A stretch of DNA of 64,000 nucleotides from positions 124,001-188,000 of the forward strand of contig UYFQ01000839.1 of NCBI GenBank assembly GCA_900617105.1. The letters run 5' to 3'. Both the position numbers and the translations under genes were made by a program. A model generated the notes under the pieces. The model was not told the DNA's origin. It worked only from the letters and a program-made list of their open reading frames with translations, and did no database searches. Source of the stretch: Hydrurus foetidus. Lineage: Eukaryota. Positions 11,297 through 21,728 of the stretch are shown piece after piece; the first letter of the stretch is position 1, and the number at the start of each line of letters is the position of its first letter.

Positions 11297-12070
11297 CTAT
11301 ATCAAGGCGAGATTGGCCGGGGCGATGCCGAACATCCGCCGGAAGGTCCGGCTGAAGTGCGCGGAATCGGAAAATCCCGCGCCATAGGCGGCGGCCGTCA
11401 GGGTCTGTTCTTCGGCCATCAGTCCCACCGCCCGGGTCAGGCGCACCCACAACAGGTAGGTCTTGAAGGACAGGCCGGTCTGTTCGACGAACAGGTGACT
11501 CAGGCGGCTGGGTGACAGTCCCGCGATCTGGGCCGCCATGCCGAGCGTGACCGGCTTGTCGTGCTCCTGGGCCGCCCAGGTGACGAGGGTCTGGATGCGG
11601 GCGTCGATGGCGCCTTGGCAATCATCGCCCGCGAGCCGCTCGATCATGTCTCGGCCCAGCGCCTCAAGTTCGTCGATTGAGGGCGGCGGCGTTCGCCCCA
11701 GCGCCGTCAACTGGTCGCGGATCCGGTCGACGCGGGCCGCCGGAAGGGCGCAGAGATCGCCGTCGCCGAAGGTCGCCGCAACGATGGCGCGCCCCGCACG
11801 GCTTTCGGGTTCGACGAACAGCATCGCATAGGCGCCGGTCGCGTCGAACCTGTGCAGGGCGTCTGGCGCCACCGCCACATATCGGTCGGACAGGTCCCTA
11901 TCGGTCAGCCACAGCCGAAACTCGCCGCCGAGGCTGAACACGAGCTGGACGGCGTGATGGGCGTGAAAACCGGTGCGCGGCGCCGGGCCGGAGCTTGGTT
12001 TGGAGGTGTTCAGCAGCCACAGGCTGCCGCCCTGCCACACCGCGATCCGGGCCTGCGCCAGTTGTTCCAT
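11297..12070 (-). CDS. AraC-family transcriptional regulator
   Basis: N-terminal cupin-like HAHHAVQL; C-terminal AGLSPSRLSHLF...GFSDSAHFSRTFRRMFG; alternative ATG at 12094. Confidence 0.92.
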   Translation of the reverse strand: MEQLAQARIAVWQGGSLWLLNTSKPSSGPAPRTGFHAHHAVQLVFSLGGEFRLWLTDRDLSDRYVAVAPDALHRFDATGAYAMLFVEPESRAGRAIVAATFGDGDLCALPAARVDRIRDQLTALGRTPPPSIDELEALGRDMIERLAGDDCQGAIDARIQTLVTWAAQEHDKPVTLGMAAQIAGLSPSRLSHLFVEQTGLSFKTYLLWVRLTRAVGLMAEEQTLTAAAYGAGFSDSAHFSRTFRRMFGIAPANLALI

Positions 12071-12150
12071 GACGCCCAGTTCTAGGCCGTCCATCGGCAA
12101 AAGGCAGATGAAATCAGCGGCAAGCTCGGTCGCCTTTTTCCAGCCAGGGG

Positions 12151-12165
12151 TGAACCTTTCCTTAA
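12151..12165 (+). promoter_or_regulatory. CtrA-like site upstream of pentapeptide gene
   Basis: TGAA-CCTTTCC-TTAA, one mismatch to TTAA-N7-TTAA. Confidence 0.5.
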
Positions 12166-12211
12166 AGCTGACGTGGGACGTTCCCTTCGCTCGAAGAGAC
12201 GCCCAGCCCGC

Positions 12212-13439
12212 ATGTCCGCCGCCGCCAGACCTAGTCTGATCCGCTCGCTGCACGCCTCCGCCGTCCGGGAGGTGATGGACGCGCACGGCCGGTTCCTGAA
12301 GGGCCAGCCGGCTGGCCGCCGCGCCAATTTCTCGTATGTGAACCTCAACAACTACAATTTCGAGGGCCGTGATCTCTCGGAGGCCAACCTGACCGGCGCG
12401 CTGCTGGGCGGGGCGATGATGGCGCGCGCCAAGCTGGTGCGGGCCACGCTGTACGGCGCCGATCTGCGCGACGCCGACCTGCGCGACTGCGACCTGACCC
12501 GGGCCGACATGCGCGGCGTCTGCCTGCGCGGGGCCAATCTGTCGGGCGCTGACCTTTCGGCCTGCGACCTGCGCGAGGGCGTCACCGCCGTGCAGGACGA
12601 CACCAAGGGCCTGCGGATCCTCAAGCATTCCACGCGTCCGGGTGAACTGGACTACGCCCTGCTGAACGGGGCCAAGCTGGCCGGGGCCCAGATGTCGGGC
12701 GCCTTCGCCCAGGCCGCCGATTTCAGCGACGCCGACATGACGGGCGTCAACCTGCAGGGCGCCAAGCTGGCCAATGCCCGGATGGACGGCGCCGACCTGT
12801 CGGGCGCCAATCTGCACAAGGCCGACATGGCCAAGGTCTCGCTGCGCCGGGCCGTTCTGGTCGGGACCGATCTGTCCGGGGCCAATCTGGAAGATGTCGA
12901 CATGGCCGAGGTGCTGCGCGCCCCGCCGCCGATCATCTATATCGACGACCTGCCGCTGACCGAGGTGCTCGACGCCCATGAAGCCTTCGTCAGGTCCGAG
13001 GGCCGCGAGGGCGCGATCGCCCGGGTCGATGAGGTCGATTTCCGGCCGCTGAAACGCCTGAAGAACCGCCGGCTCGCGGGTCTGTCAGCGCCCGGAGCGG
13101 TCATGTTCGGCATGGATCTGGAGGGCGTCCAGCTGCAGGGCGCCAATCTGATGGGCGCGGACCTGCGCGGCGTGAAGTTCAGGAACGCCGACCTGCGCGG
13201 CGCGCGCCTGGTCGGGGCCCAGCTGGCCAAGGCCGACCTGACCGGCGCCAAGCTTGGTCCGCTGAAGATCGCCGAGGACCGGTTCATCCGCACCGATCTG
13301 AGCCGCGCGGTGCTGCGCGGCGCCAATCTGACCGGGGCCAGCGCGCCGCGGGCCCGGTTCATCGAGGCGGACCTGACCAGAGCCCGCCTCGAGGGTTGCG
13401 ACCTGACGGGCGCTGAACTGCCGGCGAAGGGCCGCCTAG
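12212..13439 (+). CDS. pentapeptide-repeat protein (two repeat blocks)
   Basis: Long A(D/N)LxG repeat arrays; probable true stop TAG at 13437-13439 is one base out of frame, and the ORF track runs on through a repeat to 13621. Confidence 0.9.
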
Positions 13440-13441
13440 CT

Positions 13442-13546
13442 GCTCCACCGCTGGGGAGCTGTCGGCAAAACCGACTGAGGGGCCTTCTCGGCGTTCGCCG
13501 CGCTGACCCCTCCGGCCCTCTGGGCCACCTCCCCCGGAGGAGGAGC
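13442..13546. repeat. intergenic palindromic repeat (REP/REPIN-like)
   Basis: GCTCCACCGCTGGGGAGCTGTCGGCAAAACCGACTGAGGGG...CCCCTCCGGCCCTCTGGGCCACCTCCCCCGGAGGAGGAGC: inverted arms with nested hairpins between convergent genes. Confidence 0.75.
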
Positions 13547-13554
13547 TTTCAGGC

Positions 13555-14410
13555 CTACATCTTCTTCTTGAGCGGCAGCAGGTCGGGAAGTCGGCCGGCC
13601 GCTTCTCCATCTTCGCCTTGAACGCCTCGGCCATGTGCGATCCCGCGAACATGCCCGTCTGCCAGGTGGCGATATAGTCCAGGCTGTCGGCGATGGTGTG
13701 GTCGCGGGCGTAGTTGATCATCACCTTGCTGCCGGCCACGTAGGGGCGACTTTTCGGCGATCTCGCGGGCGGTGGCGAAGGCGTGGGCGATCAGGGCCTC
13801 GTGGCTGTCGAAGGTCTCGTTGACCAGGCCGATGTCGCGCGCCCGCCCCGCCGGCAGACGGCGGCCGGTATAGGCCAGCTCGCGCACCCAGCCCTCGGGG
13901 ATCAGCTTGCACAGGCGCGGGAAGGTGCCGACGTCGGCGGTCATGCCGATATTGATCTCCTGGATGCAGAAGAAGGCGTCGGAGGTGGCGTAGCGGATGT
14001 CGCAGGCGCTGACGAAATCGACCGCCCCGCCGATGCAGCCGCCCTGGATGGCGACGATCACCGGCATGCGGGCCTTGTCCAGGCAGCTGAAGGTGTCCTG
14101 CAGGTGATGGACGTGATGGCGGAAGCTTTCGCCGGCCACGTGGCGGTCGCCGCCGCGCTCTTCAGTGACGCCCTCGCCGTCGGTGAACACCGAAAGCTCC
14201 ATGCCGGCCGAGAAGTGCTTGCCGGTCGAGGTGATGACGATGCAGCGCGCCAGGGCGTTGTCGTCAATATGTTTCACAATTGCGGGAAGCTCGTTCCAGA
14301 ACGCCCGTGTCATAGTGTTCATGGCGTCGGACGCTTGAGCTGGATGTGCGCAACGCCAGCCTCGATCTCGACCTGAAACACGTATAGTCTGCGTGATCGT
14401 GGGCGCTCAT
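13555..14410 (-). CDS. enoyl-CoA hydratase/isomerase family protein (frameshifted)
   Basis: HFSAGMEL, PVIVAIQGGCIGGAVDFVSACDIR, EINIGMTADVGT, C-terminal FKAKMEKRPADF. Confidence 0.9.
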
Positions 14411-14522
14411 GACGTCCTCCCTTATCGTTGATAAGGGACTATCTCGCGGACTGGACGCGGCGCCAACACTGACTTTGCGGAATGTGGCCGCACAACCATC
14501 GGCCAAGACAGAGGGAAGACCC

Positions 14523-15305
14523 ATGAAGACCACCCCCGCCCTGCTCGCCATCGCCGCCATGGCCGGCGCCAGCCTGGCCGTTCCGGCCCCTGTCCTGGCC
14601 CAGTCCAAGGGTCTGGGCAGCCTGTTCTCGTGCGAAGGCTCGGGCAAGAAGCAGGAAGGCGGGGCCCTGATCGGCGCGGCCGCCGGCGCGTTCCTGGGCA
14701 GCAAGGTGGCCAAGAACGAAAAGACCCTCGGCGCCCTGGTCGGCGCGGCCGCCGGCGCGGCGGCGGGCTCCTATATCGGCTGCCGCATGCAGTCGACCGA
14801 CACCGCCCTGGCCCAGCAGGCCACCAAGAAGGCGCTGGAAACCGGCCAGTCCCAGACCTGGAGCAATTCGCGCACGGGCGCCTCGGGCCGCATCGACGTG
14901 GTCTCCTCCAGCTATGGCCCGCCCGTCGACAGCCGCAACCTGCGCTTCGCCGCCGGCGTGCAGTCCCTGCCCAGCTATGACGCCCTGGGCGGCCAGTACG
15001 CCGCCAAGGGCGCGGCGAACATGCGGTCGACCCCCTCGACCAGCGGCAAGGTCGTCGGCAAGCTGGCCGCTGGCCAGCCCTTCGACGCCCTGGGCGCGGC
15101 CCCGAACGGCGGCTGGATCCTGGTCGGCCAGAGCGGCTACGCCGTCGGCTATGTGGCGCCAGGCCTGGTGCGTCCGCTGCAGACCGTCGCCGCCTCGTGC
15201 CGGGTGATCAACGCCTCGATCTCGACCTCGGGCCAGCGTCCGGCCACGGAACGCTACAGCGCCTGCCAGGACAATCGCGGCGAGTGGCAGCTGACCCAGG
15301 CCTGA
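14523..15305 (+). CDS. secreted glycine-zipper / 17-kDa-antigen-like protein with bacterial SH3 domain
   Basis: Signal peptide, GALIGAAAGAFLG x2, WSNSRTGASG, SH3b-like ANMRSTPSTSGKVVGKL...GWILV...GYV, C-terminal ACQDNRGEW. Confidence 0.8.
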   Translation: MKTTPALLAIAAMAGASLAVPAPVLAQSKGLGSLFSCEGSGKKQEGGALIGAAAGAFLGSKVAKNEKTLGALVGAAAGAAAGSYIGCRMQSTDTALAQQATKKALETGQSQTWSNSRTGASGRIDVVSSSYGPPVDSRNLRFAAGVQSLPSYDALGGQYAAKGAANMRSTPSTSGKVVGKLAAGQPFDALGAAPNGGWILVGQSGYAVGYVAPGLVRPLQTVAASCRVINASISTSGQRPATERYSACQDNRGEWQLTQA

Positions 15306-15417
15306 TCCTGACCGGCCGCCTCCGCTTTGGGGTCTTTGCCCCTTAAGCGGAGGCGGGGTTGGACGCGGCCGCCTTGCGGCCCTATCCTGGTCGGGAGCCG
15401 CAAAAGGACCCTCGCCG

Positions 15418-16320
15418 ATGGATGCGGCCGTGTTTCGACAACCCCGAAGGCGGATGATCGCCATCGACAGCCCCGCCGGCTCCGGCGAGATGGCGGCGCT
15501 GGAATTTGGCCCGCAGGACCGGGCCATCGACGTGGTCTTTGTCCACGCCAACGGCTTCAACGCCCAGACCTATAACAGCCTGCTGGCCCCGCTCTCGGCG
15601 GGCCTGCGCGTGCTGGCCATCGACCAGCGCGGCCATGGCGCCACGACCCTGGCCGCGAAAGGCGAGGGCCGTCGCTCGTGGCTGGACCTGCGCGACGATC
15701 TGGTCGCCCTGCTCAAGGTCCTGAACGGCCCGCCGGTGGTGCTGACCGGACATTCGATGGGCGGCACGGTCAGCCTGCTGGCCGCCGCCGCCTCCCGGCG
15801 CGTGAAGGGCCTGGTCCTGCTGGACCCGGTGATCATGCCGCGCCTGGTGGCCCTGTACGCCCAGGTTCCCTGGACCTCGGGCGCGCTGTGGAAGAAGATG
15901 CCCATCGCCCAGGCCGCCTCGCGCCGCCGCGCCGTCTTCGACGACCGCGAGGCGGTGGTCGCCGCCTATACCGGTCGCGGAGCCTTCAAGACCTGGCCCG
16001 AGACCATGCTGGCCGACTATGTCGACGGCGGCTTCGTCGACCGCGACGACGGCAAGGTCGAACTGGCCTGCGCGCCGGCGTGGGAGGCGTCCAACTACTC
16101 GGCCCAGGCCCACGATCCGTGGCGGGCGATCCGCAAGGTCACGGGGCCGGTGCGGATCCTGCGGGCCGAGCGCGGCTCGACCTGTCGGGCCGGCGACAGC
16201 TTCGCCCGGCGCGGCAAGGACGTGACGGTCGAGACGGTGGCCGGAACCAGCCACTTCCTGCCGATGGAACGCCCGGACCTGGCGCGCGACGCGATCTTCG
16301 CGATGGCGACGCGGGCATCC
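15418..16320 (+). CDS. alpha/beta hydrolase (stop not resolved)
   Basis: HANGFNA, DQRGHG, GHSMGG, TSHFLPMERP; ORF overruns into the convergent gene, end approximate. Confidence 0.85.
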
Positions 16321-16323
16321 CGG

Positions 16324-17268
16324 CCAGAGCGGCCCCTCCACCGAGAACGCCTCCAACCCCGCCTGCGCTGCCGGGCTGATCGGCACCGCCTTGCGGGCGT
16401 CGAGGTCGAAGGTGATGGCCACCGCTTCTGACGTGCCCCAGGCCAGGCCCGTGGCGGGATCGATCATCCAGTGGGCCATGCGCATGGTGCGCGGGTCCGC
16501 GCCCATCAGGCCCGAGCGCAGCTCGACCCGGTCGCCGGCCTGGGGCCAGCGCAGATAGGCCAGCCGGTATTCCAGCACCGCCCCGCCGAACCGCGTCGGC
16601 TTGTGGTCCGCGTGCTCGACGATCACATCGCGGAACGGGCCGATGAAGCTGCCGATGCCGTCTGACACCCGGCCGATGAACTGCTCGGCGCGCATGCGGC
16701 CAAAGACGTCGCATTCGGTCGGCGACAGGGCCCCCAGCCCGATCCGCTGCAGGCCCAGGGCTTCAGCGCGCTCCAGGCTGGCGGTGGGGGTGAAGGGCGA
16801 CAGGTCGATGCTGCGGGCGCGGGCCTTTTCCGGGACCTCGACCATCAGCGCAGCAGCGCGCTCGCGGGTGATCCGGGGCCAGGGGAACACCTCGCCCTCG
16901 CGCGGCGTGGCGTGGACGACCGTGGTCTGGAAGGTCGCGGCCAGCTCGCCGGTGGCCGAATGGACCAGCAGCTGCAGAAGTTTGGCTTCGGTGTCGGTGA
17001 TCTCGATCACCCCGCCCAGCATGTGCAGGGTCGCGCCGGCATGGGCCTCGCGCAGGAAGCGGACGTGATGCTCCTTCACCAGCAGGGTGGCGTTGGCGTA
17101 GGGCGTAAAGGCGTGGGGCAGGCCCAGCTCGGCCGCCAGCCCGACCAGGCCCTCCATGGCGCGGACGATGTAGTGGCGCACGTTCATGTGCCCCATCTCG
17201 TCGCAGTCCCAGGTGTTCACCCCGCCGCGCCAGATCTCGACGCCGGGCAGGGTCTCAGCGGTCGTCAT
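16324..17268 (-). CDS. double hot-dog acyl-CoA thioesterase family protein (stop not resolved)
   Basis: VNTWDCDEMGHMNVRHY and second domain ECDVFGRMRA; end approximate. Confidence 0.85.
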
Positions 17269-17341
17269 GGGCGCGGTCTCGGCAGGTTGAACAGTTGTTT
17301 GAGCGTAGCGGGGTTTGCTTGGGTGAAGCAATCACGCCGAG

Positions 17342-17456
17342 CATCTTCCCCCTACGGGGGAGGAGCGCGTAGCGCGGAGGGGGCGAGTCCGGGCGAACTC
17401 ACCACTTGCCCCCACCTGACCGCTTCGCGGTCGTCCGCCCCCGCAGGGGGCGGATG
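17342..17456. repeat. intergenic palindromic repeat (REP/REPIN-like)
   Basis: CATCTTCCCCCTACGGGGGAGG...GGAGGGGGC / GCCCCCACC...CCGCCCCCGCAGGGGGCGGATG inverted arms. Confidence 0.75.
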
Positions 17457-17459
17457 AAG

Positions 17460-17945
17460 TCAGCCCCGACAGGCCCCGCACAGCCCGTGCGCCTCGATCG
17501 TCACCCCGGTCAGGGCGTAGCCGGCTGCGGCGCCGGCGGCGATGATCTCGGCGCTGGCCCTTGGTTCGATCTCGCGGGTCGCGCCGCAGCAGTCGCAGAT
17601 CAGGAAGGCGGCGGCGTGGCCGTCGGCTTCCTTGCGGCAGGCGACATAGGCGTTGAGGCTCTCGATGCGGTGGGCGAAGCCCTGCTTTTCCAGGAAATCC
17701 AGCGCGCGATAGATGGTGGGCGGCTTGGCCGGCGGACCATCGACGGCATAGGTCGAGATCAGGTCATAGGCCTTCACCGGCTGGCCGGCCTGCAGCAGCA
17801 GTTCCAGCACCCGGCGACGGGGCGCGGTCAGCCTCTGCTCGGCCGCCACGCAGCGCGCCTCTGCGGCTTCGAGCTCGGCCGCGAGGGCGGAGCCGGCGAC
17901 GCCGTGGTGGTCGTGATCGTGCTCGCAAGCGGCGTGATGGGCCAT
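17460..17945 (-). CDS. zur: Fur-family regulator, Zur type
   Basis: His-rich N-terminus, RLTAPRRRVL, KAYDL, PPTIYRALDFL, AHRIESLNAY, LICDCCG and GLCGAC. Confidence 0.85.
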   Translation of the reverse strand: MAHHAACEHDHDHHGVAGSALAAELEAAEARCVAAEQRLTAPRRRVLELLLQAGQPVKAYDLISTYAVDGPPAKPPTIYRALDFLEKQGFAHRIESLNAYVACRKEADGHAAAFLICDCCGATREIEPRASAEIIAAGAAAGYALTGVTIEAHGLCGACRG

Positions 17946-17982
17946 GGCCAAGAGGTAGAGGCGCGCGGCCTCTCCCGCAAGC

Positions 17983-18770
17983 TCAGAGCAGGGGCTGGGC
18001 GATCAGGGCGGCTTCGGCGTCGCAGCGGGTCTTGTCCGGCGCGGGTCCGGCCTTGCGAGCGGCGGCGATCTCCTTGCGGATGCCGGCCAGGTCCGACTGG
18101 AACAACGGGGTCCCGCTGACGGTCGCCATCAGGGCCGAGGCGTTCAGCTGGCCGGCCGAGACCGCGCTGGCGTTGTGCACGCCACAGACCAGGCGGCTTT
18201 CGCCGAAGGCCCGGGCGCGGGCCAGGATCGCCGTGGCGTGCTCGGGATCGGCCTGGGCCAGGGCCAGGCCGATCGCATAGCCCCAGGTGGAATGGCCCGA
18301 AGGATAGTCCGGGCTCTTGGCCAAGCCTTCCGACTTGTCGACGCAGATCGGGCCCTCGTCGACCAGATAGGGGCGGGGCCGCTTGTAGAAGTCCTTGGGG
18401 CCATTGACGGCCGCGCCGATGTCGAACCGCAGGCGCAGCAGCAGCCCGGCCATGCGCGGCGTCTTGGTCAGGGACGGGTGAACCCCAGAGCGCAGTCGAA
18501 GTCGGCCAGGATCGCCTTCTCGTCGACGTCCTTCTGGGCCAGGGCCCAGCGCGGGCTGTCCTTCAGGGCGCGGGTCGCCAGGAAGATCTTCCGATCGGCC
18601 TCGGCCTGGGGCGAGCCGGGCAGGGGCGCGGGCGGCAGGACCTTCAGGGCGTCATAGGTGCCCGGCGCCAGATAGCCGGCGGGCGCGGTCGAGACCGGCT
18701 GTGACGGAGCCGCGAGGCCGGGGCCCGCCAGAGCGACGGCGCTGACGACGATCATAAGGCTGGCGCGCAT
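17983..18770 (-). CDS. class A non-specific acid phosphatase (PAP2), secreted (frameshifted)
   Basis: KDFYKRPRP, DYPSGHS, SRLVCGVHNASAV; signal peptide in the 18468-18770 ORF. Confidence 0.88.
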
Positions 18771-18830
18771 GAAAAGGTCCCCGAACGGTTGTTCGAGGGA
18801 CCCTGCATTTTCATTGGGACGCTATCAAGC

Positions 18831-19880
18831 CTACTTGCCGAACAGCTTGTTCCAGCGCGGACGCTCGCGGCCCTTCCAGGCTTCGCGGTGATAGGCGTCC
18901 GACGCGATCAGCGGCACCACGGTGGTGGCTTCGGCGAACACCATCTGCTCGTGGGTGGTGTTGACCTTGCCCCAGCTGGCGGCCTCTTTCAGGGTCGAGG
19001 ACGAGCAAGCGCCGTCGCGCACGTCGGCGACGGTGATCTGGATCGCGTACTTGTGCATGTCGGCCTCGACGCCGAGGATCTCGGCGCAGACCACGGTGTC
19101 CTGGGCGAAGTTCTTGGGAACGCCGCCGCCCACCATGAACAGGCCCGTCGTGCCGGCCGCGATCTTGATGTCGGTCAGTTCGCGGAAGTCGGCGACCGCG
19201 TCGATCATCAGATAGGGCTGCTTGGCGGCGATGCGTTCCTTCTGGTGCTTGACCAGACCAAAGCCGGCCGAGCTGTCGACGAAGGCCGGGCAGAAGATCG
19301 GCACGCCCTGCTCATAGGCGGTCTGGATCAGCGAGCCGGGCTTCTTGGCGTTTCCTTCGGAGAGCCACTTGCCCATTTCCCAGATGAACTCGCGGCTGGA
19401 ATAGGCGCGCGGCTCCAGGGCGTTGCAGATCTCCAGGATCGTGTGATCGCAGTTCTGGAGCTCTTCTTCGTCGATATAGGTGTCGTAGATGCGGTCGATA
19501 TAGTTCTCGCGCAGCACGTTGTCGTCGACGGCGCCGGCGGCCTGATAGTGCTTGAAGCCCAGGGCTTCAAAGAAATCCATGTCGACGATCGAGGCGCCGG
19601 TGGCGACCACGGCGTCGATCATGCCGTTCTGCACCATGTCGCGATAGACGTGCATGCAGCCGCCGGCCGAGGTGGAACCGGCCAGGATCAGCCACGGCGA
19701 GCAGGACTTGTCTTCCAGGGCCATGTTGAAGATGTCGGCGGCGCGGGCGGTGTCGCGGCTGCTGAACGACATCTTGCGCATGGCGTCGATGATCGGGCGG
19801 GCGTCGAAGGACGCGATGTCGATGTGCTCGACGACGTTTTGCAGCAGCTCGGCCTTGGTATTCGGAACGGGTGCGTTCAT
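18831..19880 (-). CDS. deoxyhypusine synthase-like protein (SpeY-type)
   Basis: VATGASIVDMD, IDRIYDTY, PIFCPAFVDSSAG, GGGVPKNF, DGACSSSTLKEAASWGK. Confidence 0.9.
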   Translation of the reverse strand: MNAPVPNTKAELLQNVVEHIDIASFDARPIIDAMRKMSFSSRDTARAADIFNMALEDKSCSPWLILAGSTSAGGCMHVYRDMVQNGMIDAVVATGASIVDMDFFEALGFKHYQAAGAVDDNVLRENYIDRIYDTYIDEEELQNCDHTILEICNALEPRAYSSREFIWEMGKWLSEGNAKKPGSLIQTAYEQGVPIFCPAFVDSSAGFGLVKHQKERIAAKQPYLMIDAVADFRELTDIKIAAGTTGLFMVGGGVPKNFAQDTVVCAEILGVEADMHKYAIQITVADVRDGACSSSTLKEAASWGKVNTTHEQMVFAEATTVVPLIASDAYHREAWKGRERPRWNKLFGK

Positions 19881-19988
19881 CTCGCGGGTTTCCCTTTGGT
19901 TTGAGCGCCCGTCGCAGCAGCCCCGCAGCCGGGACGGAGCAACCGGCGGGCGGGAGCGGGACAGTCGCCCTGTCCCGCATGGGGTTTA

Positions 19989-20303
19989 TCAGACACTGCC
20001 CTGGCGTTCGATGACCAGGATGCGGGCCTCTCCGATCGGATGGGCGACATGTTCATCGCCTGTCTCCGCGTAGCAAGCGTCGCCAGCGTTCAGTCTTTCG
20101 ACGCTTTCCGCGCCGTCTTTGCGCCAGTGCATATCCACCGTTCCCGACAGAACGATGAACACCTCGGGGCCATCATTGACGTGCCAGACATAGGGCTGGT
20201 CGGTCCAGTGCAGGCGAACGGTGGCGCCGTCAACCGAACCGACATCGAGCGCGCCCCAGGGCCTTTCGGCCCGGAACGCGTTCAGCCCCCGCAGGAAGCG
20301 CAC
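19989..20303 (-). CDS. small cupin-domain protein
   Basis: GTG start next to the ODC stop; VRLHWTDQPYVWHVNDGPEVFIVLSG...GDEHVAHPIGEARILVIE. Confidence 0.8.
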   Translation of the reverse strand: MRFLRGLNAFRAERPWGALDVGSVDGATVRLHWTDQPYVWHVNDGPEVFIVLSGTVDMHWRKDGAESVERLNAGDACYAETGDEHVAHPIGEARILVIERQGSV

Positions 20304-20305
20304 GG

Positions 20306-21577
20306 CTAGCGCCGACGACGCTTCTTGCCCGCCGCGCCCTTGGGCCGCGAGAAGCGCACGACCTTGCGCTCTTCCGACTCCGGCTTGTGGGTCGGGATCG
20401 AGCGCTTGGCCAGGCCGTACATCGAGGCCATCGGCGCGTCCTGGACCTCGACGGTCTCGTTCTCGCCAAAGCCGTTGAAGCGGGTCGACATGGCCACGCC
20501 ATAGGCGCCCAGCATGCCGATCTCGATGTAATCGCCCTCGTCGACGCTTTCCGGCAGATAGAACGGGCCGGGCATGTGGTCGATGCTGTCGCAGGTGGGG
20601 CCGTAGAAGCGGAAGGGCTTGAGGCTGTCTTCGACCATCTCGCCGCCCGCCGGGCCGTTCTTGCGATACAGCTTGACCGGGAAGGGCCACTTCATGTGCG
20701 CCGCGTCGAACAGCGAGCCATAGGACCCGTCGTTCAGATACAGCGCGTCGCCCTTCTTCAGCTCGACCTTGACCAGCAGCGACGAGGCTTCGGCCACCAG
20801 GGCCCGGCCGGGTTCGCACCACAGCTGGGTCGACTCGTGGACCATCATCTCGGCGAAGCCGCGATCGATGGCGGCCAGATATTCGGACATGTCCGGCGGC
20901 ACCATGCCGGGATAGATCGACGGGAAACCGCCGCCCACATCCACCACATCGGCCAGCACGCCGGCGCGAACCAGGGCGCGCGAGGCCTGGGCCATGGCCG
21001 CCTGATAGGCGGTGGGCCGCATGCACTGGCTGCCGACATGGAAGCTGACGCCCATCAGGTCCTGGGTGGCGCGGCGAGCGGCCAGCAGCAGGGCCGGTGC
21101 GTCGTGCGGCTCGACGCCGAACTTGCCCGACAGGCTGTAGGCCGCGCCCTCGGCCTGCACGCCCATGCGGACGATCAGGTTGAGGTCCTTGGCGTTGCCT
21201 GTGGCGTCCTGGATCTTGGCCAGCTCTTCGTGGGTGTCGAACGAGAACGTCCGCACGCCATGATCGAAATAGGCGGCCGAGATCGCCACCCGGCTCTTGA
21301 CCGGGTGCATGAAGGCCATGCGCGAGCCCGGGGCGTGTTCTGCCACCAGCTCGATCTCGTTCAGCGACGCGACGTCGAACGACCGCACGCCGGCGTCAAC
21401 CAGCTCGCGGATCACCCACGGCGAAGGGTTGGCCTTCACCGCGTAAAAGACGTCGCCTTTAAATTCAGCCTGGAACCAGCGCGCCGCTACGGACACCGCG
21501 TCCGGCCGCACGAGTGCGACAGGACGTTCCGGTGACCGCTCACGGACCAGGTCCAGGGGTTCATGGTACGTGTGCAA
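20306..21577 (-). CDS. alanine-racemase-fold (type III PLP) ornithine/basic amino acid decarboxylase
   Basis: FYAVKANP, FDVAS, SFHVGSQC, DVGGGF, EPGRALV, GPTCDSID, GAYG; TTG start. Confidence 0.92.
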   Translation of the reverse strand: MHTYHEPLDLVRERSPERPVALVRPDAVSVAARWFQAEFKGDVFYAVKANPSPWVIRELVDAGVRSFDVASLNEIELVAEHAPGSRMAFMHPVKSRVAISAAYFDHGVRTFSFDTHEELAKIQDATGNAKDLNLIVRMGVQAEGAAYSLSGKFGVEPHDAPALLLAARRATQDLMGVSFHVGSQCMRPTAYQAAMAQASRALVRAGVLADVVDVGGGFPSIYPGMVPPDMSEYLAAIDRGFAEMMVHESTQLWCEPGRALVAEASSLLVKVELKKGDALYLNDGSYGSLFDAAHMKWPFPVKLYRKNGPAGGEMVEDSLKPFRFYGPTCDSIDHMPGPFYLPESVDEGDYIEIGMLGAYGVAMSTRFNGFGENETVEVQDAPMASMYGLAKRSIPTHKPESEERKVVRFSRPKGAAGKKRRRR

Positions 21578-21728
21578 TTCACGTAGACCCCTGCAAAAGT
21601 TAAACCTAGCCGGCGTTAGCAGCGCTTATGAGGACTTCGGGTCCGCCGGAGCCGTGCGAAATAGGGGCATAGCCCCCCGATGTAAAGTCCCTTTTGGAAG
21701 CCGGTCCTGAGGTGATTTGATCCACCCG

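Noticed and set aside
11082..11387. 101-aa plus-strand ORF in the track
   Set aside because: It is the antisense shadow of the Cys-rich peptide and the araC 3' end.
15382..17331. 649-aa thioesterase fusion and large overlap with the convergent hydrolase
   Set aside because: Read-through caused by lost stops near 16320; the extension is the antisense of the hydrolase.
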